Assembly (NCBI GenBank): GCA_903953805.1
Contig: CAJBLC010000052.1
Coordinates: 1-62,392, forward strand
Length of the DNA: 62,392 bases
DNA from: an uncultured Actinomycetes bacterium
GTDB taxonomy: Bacteria; Actinomycetota; Actinomycetes; Nanopelagicales; Nanopelagicaceae
Reading direction: 5' to 3'
The position numbers were made by a program, and so were the translations under genes. Shown here one piece after another: positions 48,968-57,396 of the stretch. Position 1 is the first letter of the stretch, and every line of letters starts with the position of its first letter. Under the pieces are notes generated by a model that was not told where the DNA came from, made no database searches, and was given only the letters and a program-made list of their open reading frames with translations.

Positions 48968-49886
48968 GACGATCCATTCCTAGGTTCTTTGCAATCTCAA
49001 GAGTGGCGGCAGAGGTATTCATTGTGTAGAAATGCAATCCGGCGACTTCACGTTCAAGAAGATCTTGGGACAACTTCGTAGCAATTTCTATTCCTACTTT
49101 ACGAATCGCATCAGGATCGTTCTCGATCGCTTCAAATCTATGAAGCATTGACTCTGGAATTGGCGTACCTGTAAGTTCAGCCATTCGAGTCAACTGCTTG
49201 AAATTGGTAACCGGAAGCACCCCAGCAATGATCGGCAGGTGCGAACCCTTCTTTGCCAGGCCTTCAATAAGACGGTCATATGAAGTGATATCGAAGAAGA
49301 ATTGAGTTGTCGCAAAGGTAGCGCCTAACTCTTCTTTTCGAATAAGAGTGTCAATATCCTGATCAAAATCTCCGTGTGAAGCTGGGTGACCGTCCGGGAA
49401 GGCAGCTACCCCGATTTCAAACCCACCTTCAGATTTCGCGAGCTCAACAAGTTCATCGGCGTGATCTAATCCCCCAGGTGTTGTGACCCACTCTGCTCGA
49501 GGACCACCAGTTGGATCGCCACGTAATGCAAGGATGCTAGAAATCCCTGCCCGTTTGTAATGACGAAGAATTTCGACGAGTTCCTCTCGCGTAGAACCCA
49601 CACATGTGAGGTGTGCGACTGTTGAAACGCCAGTTCGAGTCGTGAACTCTTCTGCAATACGGATCGTACGATCTCGGGTACTACCACCAGCGCCATATGT
49701 CACGGAGACGAAGTCCGGATGCAAGACTTTCAGCGCATCGACGGCATGCCAGAGTTTTGCTTCTCCTTCAGAGTCCTTTGGTGGAAAGAGCTCGATAGAG
49801 AGCGTTGCTCTCGACTCTTTGGCACTCTCGACAGGCATAACCATAGAGAGGCAGGGTACCTTTACCGCGTGGAACTTAGCGAACAC
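48954..49886 (-). CDS. metF: methylenetetrahydrofolate reductase
   Basis: 310 aa. Contains SIELFPPK, VSVTYGAGGSTR and AHLTC. The GTG start is preceded by GGGGAGG. Confidence 0.9.
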   Translation of the reverse strand: MFAKFHAVKVPCLSMVMPVESAKESRATLSIELFPPKDSEGEAKLWHAVDALKVLHPDFVSVTYGAGGSTRDRTIRIAEEFTTRTGVSTVAHLTCVGSTREELVEILRHYKRAGISSILALRGDPTGGPRAEWVTTPGGLDHADELVELAKSEGGFEIGVAAFPDGHPASHGDFDQDIDTLIRKEELGATFATTQFFFDITSYDRLIEGLAKKGSHLPIIAGVLPVTNFKQLTRMAELTGTPIPESMLHRFEAIENDPDAIRKVGIEIATKLSQDLLEREVAGLHFYTMNTSAATLEIAKNLGMDRRGSR

Positions 49887-50945
49887 CTCGACCTCCCCGC
49901 GTTGCGTGGGTCGATCAACGAGGCTCTCTCAGCATTTATTGCTGCAGACAATCACTACCTCACCCAGATCGGACCGGAGCTCGAACCAGTCGCTGCCGCA
50001 CTCAAAGAATTTCTCCTTCAAAGCGGTAAGCGCTTTCGCCCACTCTTTGCCAGCGTCGGCTACTTAGGGACAGGGTCACCTCTCTCCCCTGAATTATTTA
50101 GCGCGTTATCGAGCGTTGAACTTATTCACGTCTGCGCTCTCATCCACGACGATGTGATGGATGCCTCCGATACCCGCCGCGGCGCACCTGCAATTCATAA
50201 GCAATTTGAGAACCTGCACCAATCCAAGAAATTATCTGGATCTTCTGCACAATTTGGAATTGCCAGCGCAATTCTTCTCGGAGATCTCGCCTTAGTCTGG
50301 GCCTCAAAGATGCTCCATGAATCAAAGATTCCTGCTGAGCAGATAATTGCGGCGCTTCCAATCTTTGATGAGATGGAAGTTGAGTTGATGGCTGGCCAAT
50401 ATCTCGATATCTATGAGCAAGCACTTGCAAGCGAGAGTGTTGAGCGATCGCTCAAGGTAGCCCGATATAAATCCGGTAAGTACAGCATTGAACGACCACT
50501 CCACTTTGGTGCAGCAATTGCAAATAAGAATCCAGAGAGGTTCTATCCGATTTACTCTGCCTATGGCCTGCCGCTTGGTGAAGCCTTCCAACTCAGAGAT
50601 GATCTCTTGGGTGTCTTCGGTGAGCCTGCCGAAACTGGCAAGCCTGCGGGAGATGACCTACGCGAGGGAAAGCGAACGGTGTTAATGGCGCTCACTCATG
50701 AACGATCTAATGAGTCGCAGCGAAAGACAATAAAAGAGTTACTAGGAAAGCCTGATCTCTCCCTCGATGAAGTCAACGAATTGCGTGGAATTATCATCGA
50801 CACGGGCGCAAGAGATCATCTTGAGGGTCTGATCTCAACTCTTACTCAAGAGGCGGTATCTGCGATCGACAATCCTCTCATCACCTCACATGTTCAGAGC
50901 CTGCTTCACCAGATGGCTACCATCGCAACCCAACGAAAGATATAG
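49869..50945 (+). CDS. crtE: geranylgeranyl diphosphate synthase (polyprenyl synthetase)
   Basis: Contains GKRFRPLF, LIHDDVMD (FARM) and QLRDDLLG (SARM). The start is uncertain (GTG 49869 or TTG 49902). The ORF-track start at 49719 lies deep inside the divergent metF. Confidence 0.85.
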   Translation: MELSEHLDLPALRGSINEALSAFIAADNHYLTQIGPELEPVAAALKEFLLQSGKRFRPLFASVGYLGTGSPLSPELFSALSSVELIHVCALIHDDVMDASDTRRGAPAIHKQFENLHQSKKLSGSSAQFGIASAILLGDLALVWASKMLHESKIPAEQIIAALPIFDEMEVELMAGQYLDIYEQALASESVERSLKVARYKSGKYSIERPLHFGAAIANKNPERFYPIYSAYGLPLGEAFQLRDDLLGVFGEPAETGKPAGDDLREGKRTVLMALTHERSNESQRKTIKELLGKPDLSLDEVNELRGIIIDTGARDHLEGLISTLTQEAVSAIDNPLITSHVQSLLHQMATIATQRKI

Positions 50946-50951
50946 GACACC

Positions 50952-52436
50952 ATGCCAAAGAGAATTAAAGGTCCTACTGATCATGTCGTCATTGTTGGCG
51001 CTGGGCTTGCTGGTTTAAGTACCGCCCTTCGTTTGGCAGGCGCTGGCAGAAAGGTCACAATCCTTGAGCGCGAGAGTTACCCAGGTGGACGTAATGGTCT
51101 GCTCAATAAAGAAGGTTATGCCTTTGATACTGGCCCGACCGTTCTCACCATGCCATCGCTGATTGCAGATGCCTTTGCCTGCGTTGGTGAAGATATGAAG
51201 GATTGGCTTGACCTGATCCCAGTTGCGCCCCTCTACCGCGCTTTCTACGACGATGGTTCACAACTTGATGTCCACGCCGACACTGCTCGAATGCAAGAAG
51301 AGATTAGAAATGTCATTGGCGCCGATGAAGCAGCTGGCTACGCCAGATATGTCGATTTCGTAACAAAGTTGTACAAGTACGAGATGAATGACTTCATTGA
51401 TCGAAATATTGATAATCCACTCAACCTCTTAACCCCAAACTTGGCGAAGCTGGTTGCGCTCGGTGGATTTAGACGATTGGCCCCAAAGGTCGAACAGTTC
51501 TTAAAGGATCCACGCACCCAACGGGTCTACTCATTCCAGGCGATGTATGCAGGAGTAAGCCCACAACAGGCTCTCGCTATCTATGCAGTGATTGCATATA
51601 TGGATTCAGTGAACGGCGTCTTCTTCCCTAAAGGCGGAATGCACGCCTTGCCACGAGCACTTGCGGCAGCAGCGGAAAAGCATGGCGTCGAGATTCACTA
51701 CAACACCACTGTGTCAACGATCGAACACCACAATGGACGTGCCACAGCGGCGATTACCGAATCAGGTGAGCGCTACACCTTTGATGCAGTTGTGCTTAAT
51801 CCCGACCTGCCAGTCGCTTATCGAGAACTATTAGGAAAGACCCCTCGTAAGGTCGCGAAGCTGAACTACTCCCCATCATGCGTAACGATGTTGGTTGGCT
51901 CAAACAGGTCCTATGACCACCTGGCACATCACAATATCCACTTTGGAAAGTCTTGGGATGGTGTCTTTGATGAGCTCATCAATAAGAAGCAGCTCATGAC
52001 TGACCCAAGTTTGCTTGTAACTGTGCCAAGCATGGATGAACCATCCATCGCTCCAGCCGGCAAACACTCATATTACGTACTCTTCCCTACCCCGAACCTC
52101 ACTGCTGATATTGATTGGAAGAAGATCGGACCCTCATATCGCGATGAAATGATCAGAGTCCTTGAGAGCCGCGGCTATGAAGGATTTGGTGACGCGATCG
52201 AAGTCGAACATATGATCACACCATTAGATTGGCAGAAGATGGGTCTTGAAGCAGGCGCACCATTCGCCAGCGCCCACACCTTTATGCAGACTGGGCCATT
52301 CCGTCCTCGCAATATCGCTGAAGGCTTTGAAAATGTCGTCTTTGCTGGTTCTGGCACTCAGCCGGGTGTTGGCGTTCCGATGGTTTTGATCTCTGGTCGA
52401 CTCGCAGCCGAGAGAATTGTTGGAAATATCGCTTAA
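50952..52436 (+). CDS. crtI: phytoene desaturase
   Basis: 494 aa. Contains VVIVGAGLAGLSTALRLAGAG and a C-terminal AGSGTQPGVGVPMV. Confidence 0.9.
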   Translation: MPKRIKGPTDHVVIVGAGLAGLSTALRLAGAGRKVTILERESYPGGRNGLLNKEGYAFDTGPTVLTMPSLIADAFACVGEDMKDWLDLIPVAPLYRAFYDDGSQLDVHADTARMQEEIRNVIGADEAAGYARYVDFVTKLYKYEMNDFIDRNIDNPLNLLTPNLAKLVALGGFRRLAPKVEQFLKDPRTQRVYSFQAMYAGVSPQQALAIYAVIAYMDSVNGVFFPKGGMHALPRALAAAAEKHGVEIHYNTTVSTIEHHNGRATAAITESGERYTFDAVVLNPDLPVAYRELLGKTPRKVAKLNYSPSCVTMLVGSNRSYDHLAHHNIHFGKSWDGVFDELINKKQLMTDPSLLVTVPSMDEPSIAPAGKHSYYVLFPTPNLTADIDWKKIGPSYRDEMIRVLESRGYEGFGDAIEVEHMITPLDWQKMGLEAGAPFASAHTFMQTGPFRPRNIAEGFENVVFAGSGTQPGVGVPMVLISGRLAAERIVGNIA

Positions 52437-52443
52437 GTAGGTT

Positions 52444-52992
52444 TTACAGAAGAACAGAGATCGGAACGTTTACTCCGCTTGCCGCGAACTTCTCATGGCC
52501 GTTCAGGCCATCAATCTCAATTAAGACTGCAACGCTATCAACGAGAGCACCGCATTGTTGGATCAATTTAGCTGCAGCAGTAAGCGTTCCACCTGTTGCC
52601 AGCACATCATCAATAAGTAGCACTCGCTCGTGTGGATGCAATGCATCCTTATGTATCTGAAGTGATGCCTCACCATATTCCAAGGCATAACTCTGTGAGA
52701 AAGAATCAGCCGGAAGTTTTCCACTCTTACGGATCGGAACGAAACCTTTGCCCGTAACTGCACCCACGGCAGCTGCAAAGATAAAACCTCTGGCTTCAAC
52801 ACCAGCAACAACGTCATAGCTCTCGCTAACGTTCGCAAATAATTCGGCAGCAACAGCAAAGGCCCCGCCTTCTCGAAGCAGCGGGGTTATATCTTTAAAG
52901 AGGATGCCTTCATGCGGAAAGTTGGGCACATCGCGAATCAGGCTCCGAAGGAGATCCTTCGAAGCCTGATCGGAGTTGCGAGTGTTATTAAT
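52444..52992 (-). CDS. apt: adenine phosphoribosyltransferase (5' end uncertain)
   Basis: Contains IRDVPNFPHEGILFKDITPLL, VAGVEARGFIF and LLIDDVLATGGT. There is no ATG/GTG/TTG in the expected start region, so the listed 5' end is an ATT at 52992. The next canonical start, GTG 52929, would clip the N-terminus. Confidence 0.85.
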   Translation of the reverse strand: MNNTRNSDQASKDLLRSLIRDVPNFPHEGILFKDITPLLREGGAFAVAAELFANVSESYDVVAGVEARGFIFAAAVGAVTGKGFVPIRKSGKLPADSFSQSYALEYGEASLQIHKDALHPHERVLLIDDVLATGGTLTAAAKLIQQCGALVDSVAVLIEIDGLNGHEKFAASGVNVPISVLL

Positions 52993-54434
52993 TACTTGCT
53001 TGTCCAGATGCTGATTGGAGATTGCAAGAAGTAGATCACGAAGAGACCTGACACGACATAAAGAAGTGCGTGAATCTCTTTCGCGCGACCTTGGACGACA
53101 CGTACAAGTACATGTGAAACAAAGCCAGCACCAATACCTACAGAGATGCTGTATGTGAATGGCATCAAGATGATGGTCAAGAATGCTGGAATCGCGATTC
53201 CATAATCTGCCCAATCAAGATTCTTGATCTGAGTCATCATCAAGAAGCCAACGATGATGAGTGCAGGAGTTGCAGCCTCGTAAGGGATTACTGCTACGAG
53301 CGGAGCAAGGAAGGTTGTGAGGAGGAAGAGAATTCCAGTCACGACTGATGCAAGGCCAGTACGAGCACCTTCGCCAACACCTGAAGCCGACTCGATATAG
53401 CTTGTGTTTGAAGAGATATTTCCAACTCCACCAGCAACAGCGGCGACACCGTCGATCAACAAGATGCGATCGATATTTGGAATATTTCCTTCACCATCGA
53501 TGAGTCCACCTTCAGTTGCAATCGCTGTAACTGTTCCGACATTGTCGAAGAAGTCAGAGAGCAAGAGTGAGAAGATGAGAAGGATTGCGGTAACCACTGT
53601 AACGCGGTTGAAAGCACCTGTTAGGTCAATGTGACCGAAGAGGCTGAAATCTGGCTTAGCAAAGACCTTTGAAGGAATTGTTGGAACATTGAGTCCCCAA
53701 CCCTTTGGATTGACCTTGCCAGTTGCGCCATCGAAGTTAGGGCCGATCTTGAATGCCTTCTCAACGATGATTGCAATAACAGTTGTGGTCGCAATTCCAA
53801 TAAGGAGCGCGCCCTTAACCTTGCGAACGACGAGAGCGATCATCAAGAAGAGTCCGAATGCGAAGACAACGATTGGCCATCCAACGAGATTTCCGTTATC
53901 GCCAAGTTGAACTGGAACTGGTCCAGCACCTGTGCGGCGTACAAAACCTGAATCGACGAGGCCGATCATGGTGATGAAGAGACCGATACCAACTGCGATA
54001 GCGATTTTAAGCTGTGATGGAACGGCACGGAAGACGGCGGCGCGCACACCGGTCACGACGAGGACGACGATGATGAGGCCTTCGATAATGACAAGACCCA
54101 TTGCATCTGCCCATGTCATGCGGGATGCGATACCAACAGCAACGAAGGTATTGAGACCAAGACCTGTTGCTAGAGCGAGTGGGAAGTTAGCAACTGTTCC
54201 CATAAAGATTGTGAGCAGACCAGCCATAAGGGCAGTCATTGCAGCTACGAGAGCGAGATTTGGATGTGATCCATCTCCTCCGAGGAACTTGCCATCGCCA
54301 TCTTTTGTGAGGCCGATGATGAGCGGATTGAGAGCCACGATATAGGCCATGGTGAAGAATGTGACGAAACCGCCACGAATCTCACGGCCGATCGTTGACC
54401 CGCGCTCAGTGATCTTGAAGAAAGAATCAAGCAT
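52992..54434 (-). CDS. NCS2/AzgA-family purine (adenine/guanine/hypoxanthine) permease
   Basis: MLDSFFKITERGSTIGREIRGGFVTFFTMAYIVALNP is the typical N-terminus. The ATG at 54434 follows GGAAGG. The ORF-track start at 54695 adds 87 non-homologous residues. Confidence 0.88.
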   Translation of the reverse strand: MLDSFFKITERGSTIGREIRGGFVTFFTMAYIVALNPLIIGLTKDGDGKFLGGDGSHPNLALVAAMTALMAGLLTIFMGTVANFPLALATGLGLNTFVAVGIASRMTWADAMGLVIIEGLIIVVLVVTGVRAAVFRAVPSQLKIAIAVGIGLFITMIGLVDSGFVRRTGAGPVPVQLGDNGNLVGWPIVVFAFGLFLMIALVVRKVKGALLIGIATTTVIAIIVEKAFKIGPNFDGATGKVNPKGWGLNVPTIPSKVFAKPDFSLFGHIDLTGAFNRVTVVTAILLIFSLLLSDFFDNVGTVTAIATEGGLIDGEGNIPNIDRILLIDGVAAVAGGVGNISSNTSYIESASGVGEGARTGLASVVTGILFLLTTFLAPLVAVIPYEAATPALIIVGFLMMTQIKNLDWADYGIAIPAFLTIILMPFTYSISVGIGAGFVSHVLVRVVQGRAKEIHALLYVVSGLFVIYFLQSPISIWTSK

Positions 54435-54611
54435 GAGGGACCTTCCTGATTTTGTTATCGAGGGTGTTTGCGACCCCGTGTGAAATGACGGCTCACAGAC
54501 CGAGGGAATACGAGAACGGTATAAGGAAATTTTTAAACTGGTGAGTAGCCACTCTCGATTTCTACTTGAGGGTTGAGCGTGAAGAAGCCCTCCGATCACT
54601 AGACTCCCCGT

Positions 54612-55511
54612 ATGAACGAGCTCGATGCCGCTGGAATTGTCGGCGAGGAACTTCGCGCCTCCTACACCGAATGCAAACGACTCAACTCGCTCCACGGTAA
54701 GACCTATTACTTAGCAACGCTACTTCTTCCTAAGGCGAAGCGGCCCTTTGTCCATGCGCTCTATGGCTTTGCACGCTACGCCGATGAGATCGTCGATGAC
54801 CTCGCCTCAACCCTGAGCGAAGATGAGAAGGCAGCCCACTTATCTACGTGGGGAGAAGGAGTGCTCACTGATCTTCGAACTGGAGCCAGCAGAGACCCCA
54901 TTGGAATGGCGCTGGCAGATACCGTTTCGCGTTTTTCTATTCCGATCGAATACTTCGAATCCTTTCTCCACTCCATGACGATGGATCTCACGGTCTCGGA
55001 GTATCAGACATATGACGACCTCATGGAATATGTATATGGAAGTGCCAGTGTCATCGGCCTACAGATGGTCCCAATCTTGGGTCCACTCTCCCCTGAGGCT
55101 TACCCCCTTGCCGAGAAACTCGGAACAGCCTTTCAGCTCGCAAACTTTATTCGCGATGTTGGTGAAGATTTAGATCGAGGACGAATCTACTTGCCATTGC
55201 AAGAGTTACAGGCTCATGGCGTGAGCTGGGAGATCTTAAATGAACGCGTAACAACTCCCGAGATCCGTTCAGCGCTCAAAGAACAGATCGCACGAGTTCG
55301 ACAATTGCAACGTGAGGCTGATGCAGGTATCCATCTTCTCGAACCATCAAGCAGAGCATGTATTGAGGCGGCGAGTGAACTCTATTGCGGCATCGTTGAT
55401 GAAGTAGAAAAAATTGATTATCAGATATTTGATGAGCGGGCGAAGACTTCTACCTGGCGCAGATTAAAAGTTGCCGTACCTGCATATCGCAGAGCGCTCG
55501 CAGCCCGCTAA
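54612..55511 (+). CDS. crtB: phytoene synthase
   Basis: 299 aa. Contains YGFARYADEIVDD and FQLANFIRDVGEDLDRGRIYLP. Confidence 0.93.
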   Translation: MNELDAAGIVGEELRASYTECKRLNSLHGKTYYLATLLLPKAKRPFVHALYGFARYADEIVDDLASTLSEDEKAAHLSTWGEGVLTDLRTGASRDPIGMALADTVSRFSIPIEYFESFLHSMTMDLTVSEYQTYDDLMEYVYGSASVIGLQMVPILGPLSPEAYPLAEKLGTAFQLANFIRDVGEDLDRGRIYLPLQELQAHGVSWEILNERVTTPEIRSALKEQIARVRQLQREADAGIHLLEPSSRACIEAASELYCGIVDEVEKIDYQIFDERAKTSTWRRLKVAVPAYRRALAAR

Positions 55512-55801
55512 CCTCGTTTTCCTAATTTCACCCACAAGGTCAGCACGCCAAGAATAAGTGCAAAACCAAAGAGCAGATCTTCGACAGGTGCAGAAGCGAT
55601 GCGCCATCCAATTATTGCTCCACCTCGATACATCACAATATTGCGCGAAGTCAGCCACCAATTTGTCAGAAGTTGAAAGGGCAGAATAATGGAGTACGAA
55701 GTCCAGAAAGCTCGTCGAGTGACGAGCCGAATCTTTGTCACAAAGAGATCAAGAGCCAGGCTGGAAGTAACGAAGGCAAGGACGATGAAGGTATATGTCA
55801 T
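55508..55801 (-). CDS. crtYd: lycopene cyclase domain protein (heterodimeric lycopene beta-cyclase, second subunit)
   Basis: 97 aa with 3 TM helices and a PVEDLLF motif. It overlaps the partner gene by 4 nt. The c/d naming is by gene order only. Confidence 0.75.
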   Translation of the reverse strand: MTYTFIVLAFVTSSLALDLFVTKIRLVTRRAFWTSYSIILPFQLLTNWWLTSRNIVMYRGGAIIGWRIASAPVEDLLFGFALILGVLTLWVKLGKRG

Positions 55802-56130
55802 TTCTCATCGCCAATCTTCCACTGTGGTTTAACTTTCCGGACCGCTTCGATCGTCATGATTGCGGCAAGTGGAACTACAACGAAGAAGAGGTACTCCTCG
55901 ATTGGAATCTGAAACGGTCCGTAAATCCCAAGAATCTGCTTGGTATCAAAGTACCAATCGTGGTGATGCACTGCCCACGCATCCCATACGAGAAATGCAA
56001 GTGCAACCGGAAGGATCGATTTGAGGGCTCGTGTGATTCGTTGTAAGACTCGAACTTTAAAGACTATTTCGAGCCAGAAGGAGCCAACGACTGTGAAGGC
56101 AAGCATCACTACATAGCCCCACTTCATCAT
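55798..56130 (-). CDS. crtYc: lycopene cyclase domain protein (heterodimeric lycopene beta-cyclase, first subunit)
   Basis: 110 aa with 3 TM helices and a PIEEYLFF motif. Confidence 0.75.
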   Translation of the reverse strand: MMKWGYVVMLAFTVVGSFWLEIVFKVRVLQRITRALKSILPVALAFLVWDAWAVHHHDWYFDTKQILGIYGPFQIPIEEYLFFVVVPLAAIMTIEAVRKVKPQWKIGDEK

Positions 56131-56144
56131 GGGAGTAATGGTAA

Positions 56145-56232
56145 CCTTCCATTAACGGGAGCCGCTCTTTGGCTGAGAGGACTTGAAATCCAAGTCGACC
56201 GTATGACCAGTTCGGTAATGCGAATTGGAAGG
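56145..56232 (+). promoter_or_regulatory. TPP (THI-box) riboswitch-like leader of the PnuC-family transporter
   Basis: The sequence is CCTTCCATTAACGGGAGCC-gctcttt-GGCTGAGAGG-[hairpin GACTTG/CAAGTC]-GACCGTATGACCAGTTCGGTAATGCGAATTGGAAGG. It shares CUGAGA, ACCGUAU.ACC and GG.UAAUGC with the E. coli thiM THI-box. P1 (CCUUCC/GGAAGG) would sequester the SD. Confidence 0.6.
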
Positions 56233-56241
56233 GGTTCACTC

Positions 56242-56853
56242 ATGCATTCAATAAATTCGATCATCATGACCACTCTCTTTACTGCGTGGGGCTATCACCT
56301 GAGCATTTTGGAGTTCTTCGCCTTTGTCACTTCTGTTATTGGAGTTGGGTTGGGAGTCCTTGGACCCCGCTCTACATGGCCGTGGTGGAACGTCAGTAGT
56401 TTTCTCTATGCCATTCTCTTCTTCGAGCAGAAGTACTACGCCAGCGGACTCCTTCAATTTATCTTCATCGCCGGTGGCTTCTGGGGATGGTTTGGTTGGG
56501 GCAAACAGGGTGCAAAACCAGCACGACTCTCTCTAAAGCAGAACTCTCTTTGGCTAGCCGGATTTGCGGTTGGGTGGATTGCGCTCAATCCCCTCTTAAT
56601 TCATATCGGAGCGGCAGCAACCCTGACTGACTCTTTTGGTTTTGTGGGTAGTTGCATCGCACAGGTTTTGATGGTGAAGGAGAAGTTTGAGACCTGGCCA
56701 CTGTGGTTTGTGGTTGATGCCGTCTATACCTATCAGTTCTGGCATGGCGGGCAATATCTCACTTCGATTCTCTATCTCATCTTTGTAGGAATCGCAGTAG
56801 CAGGGTGGATCCGTTGGAAACGCGAATCAAGCACATCAGTGACAACCCACTAA
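56242..56853 (+). CDS. PnuC-family vitamin (nicotinamide riboside / thiamine-type) transporter
   Basis: Contains FWGWFGWGK and WPLWFVVDAVYTYQF, PnuC signatures. The ATG at 56242 lies 7 nt after GGAAGGGG. The ORF-track start at 56203 falls inside the riboswitch-like element. Confidence 0.85.
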   Translation: MHSINSIIMTTLFTAWGYHLSILEFFAFVTSVIGVGLGVLGPRSTWPWWNVSSFLYAILFFEQKYYASGLLQFIFIAGGFWGWFGWGKQGAKPARLSLKQNSLWLAGFAVGWIALNPLLIHIGAAATLTDSFGFVGSCIAQVLMVKEKFETWPLWFVVDAVYTYQFWHGGQYLTSILYLIFVGIAVAGWIRWKRESSTSVTTH

Positions 56854-56862
56854 ATTCGAATC

Positions 56863-57366
56863 ATGAAGTCACTCATCACTATTGATGGACCTGCTGGCTC
56901 TGGAAAGACCACATTGGCAGGTCTCATCCAAGATGCTTTGGTCCGAGATGGCGTTGAAGTACTCACCATTCACATGGATGATCTCTACAACGGCTGGGAG
57001 AAGGCGCTCGATAGTTCACTTACCGAATCGCTCGAGAAATTAATGAAGGGACTTTCGGGATCTGACTACCTGAACGTTCCGCAATACAACTGGAGCGAAG
57101 GTCGATTTGGTGAATCACTCGCTCTGCCCACTCCACAAGTACTTATTCTGGAGGGTGTCGGCAGCGGTCAACGGGTTACGAGGACCATGGCTGAGATCAA
57201 ATTATGGATTGAGGCGCCTTCAGATCTAGCTCTTGAGCGAGTGCTTGACCGAGATGGTGAAGAGATACGTGAAGAGATGCAACGGTGGCAACTGCGTGAA
57301 GCTGAGCACTTCCTGTTAGAGGGTACAAAAAGTGCAGCGGATTACACAGTAAAGAGCGCGCCTTAG
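56863..57366 (+). CDS. small P-loop kinase (uridine kinase / ribosylnicotinamide kinase-like)
   Basis: 167 aa. Contains ITIDGPAGSGKTTLAG (Walker A) and ILEGVG. It lies 9 nt downstream of the transporter. Confidence 0.6.
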   Translation: MKSLITIDGPAGSGKTTLAGLIQDALVRDGVEVLTIHMDDLYNGWEKALDSSLTESLEKLMKGLSGSDYLNVPQYNWSEGRFGESLALPTPQVLILEGVGSGQRVTRTMAEIKLWIEAPSDLALERVLDRDGEEIREEMQRWQLREAEHFLLEGTKSAADYTVKSAP

Positions 57367-57396
57367 CCGTCGAACTCCGGTGCTTCTCCTTAAACT

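Noticed and set aside
49719-49868. The long 5' extension of the crtE ORF, and the ORF-track start at 49719.
   Set aside because: It overlaps the well-supported metF N-terminus (GTG 49886 with a GGGGAGG RBS) on the opposite strand and shows no polyprenyl synthase homology.
52993-53214. An N-terminal 74-codon extension of the apt ORF (the ORF-track start at 53214).
   Set aside because: It lies entirely inside the permease coding sequence in another frame and has no Apt homology (a Cys/Arg-rich artefact).
54435-54611. Possible purine riboswitch in the 177-nt leader of the purine permease-apt operon.
   Set aside because: The minus-strand leader lacks the conserved junction and loop cores of the purine riboswitch (UAUAAU, UUUCUACC, CCGUAAAU). 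Only generic hairpins are present.
54435-54695. An N-terminal 87-codon extension of the permease ORF.
   Set aside because: Family-typical sequence begins at MLDSFFKITERGST (ATG 54434, preceded by GGAAGG). The extension overlaps the divergent crtB start.
56203-56241. The ORF-track start codon of the PnuC-family gene at 56203.
   Set aside because: It falls inside the riboswitch-like structure. The downstream ATG at 56242 has a proper GGAAGGGG Shine-Dalgarno, and homology begins after it.
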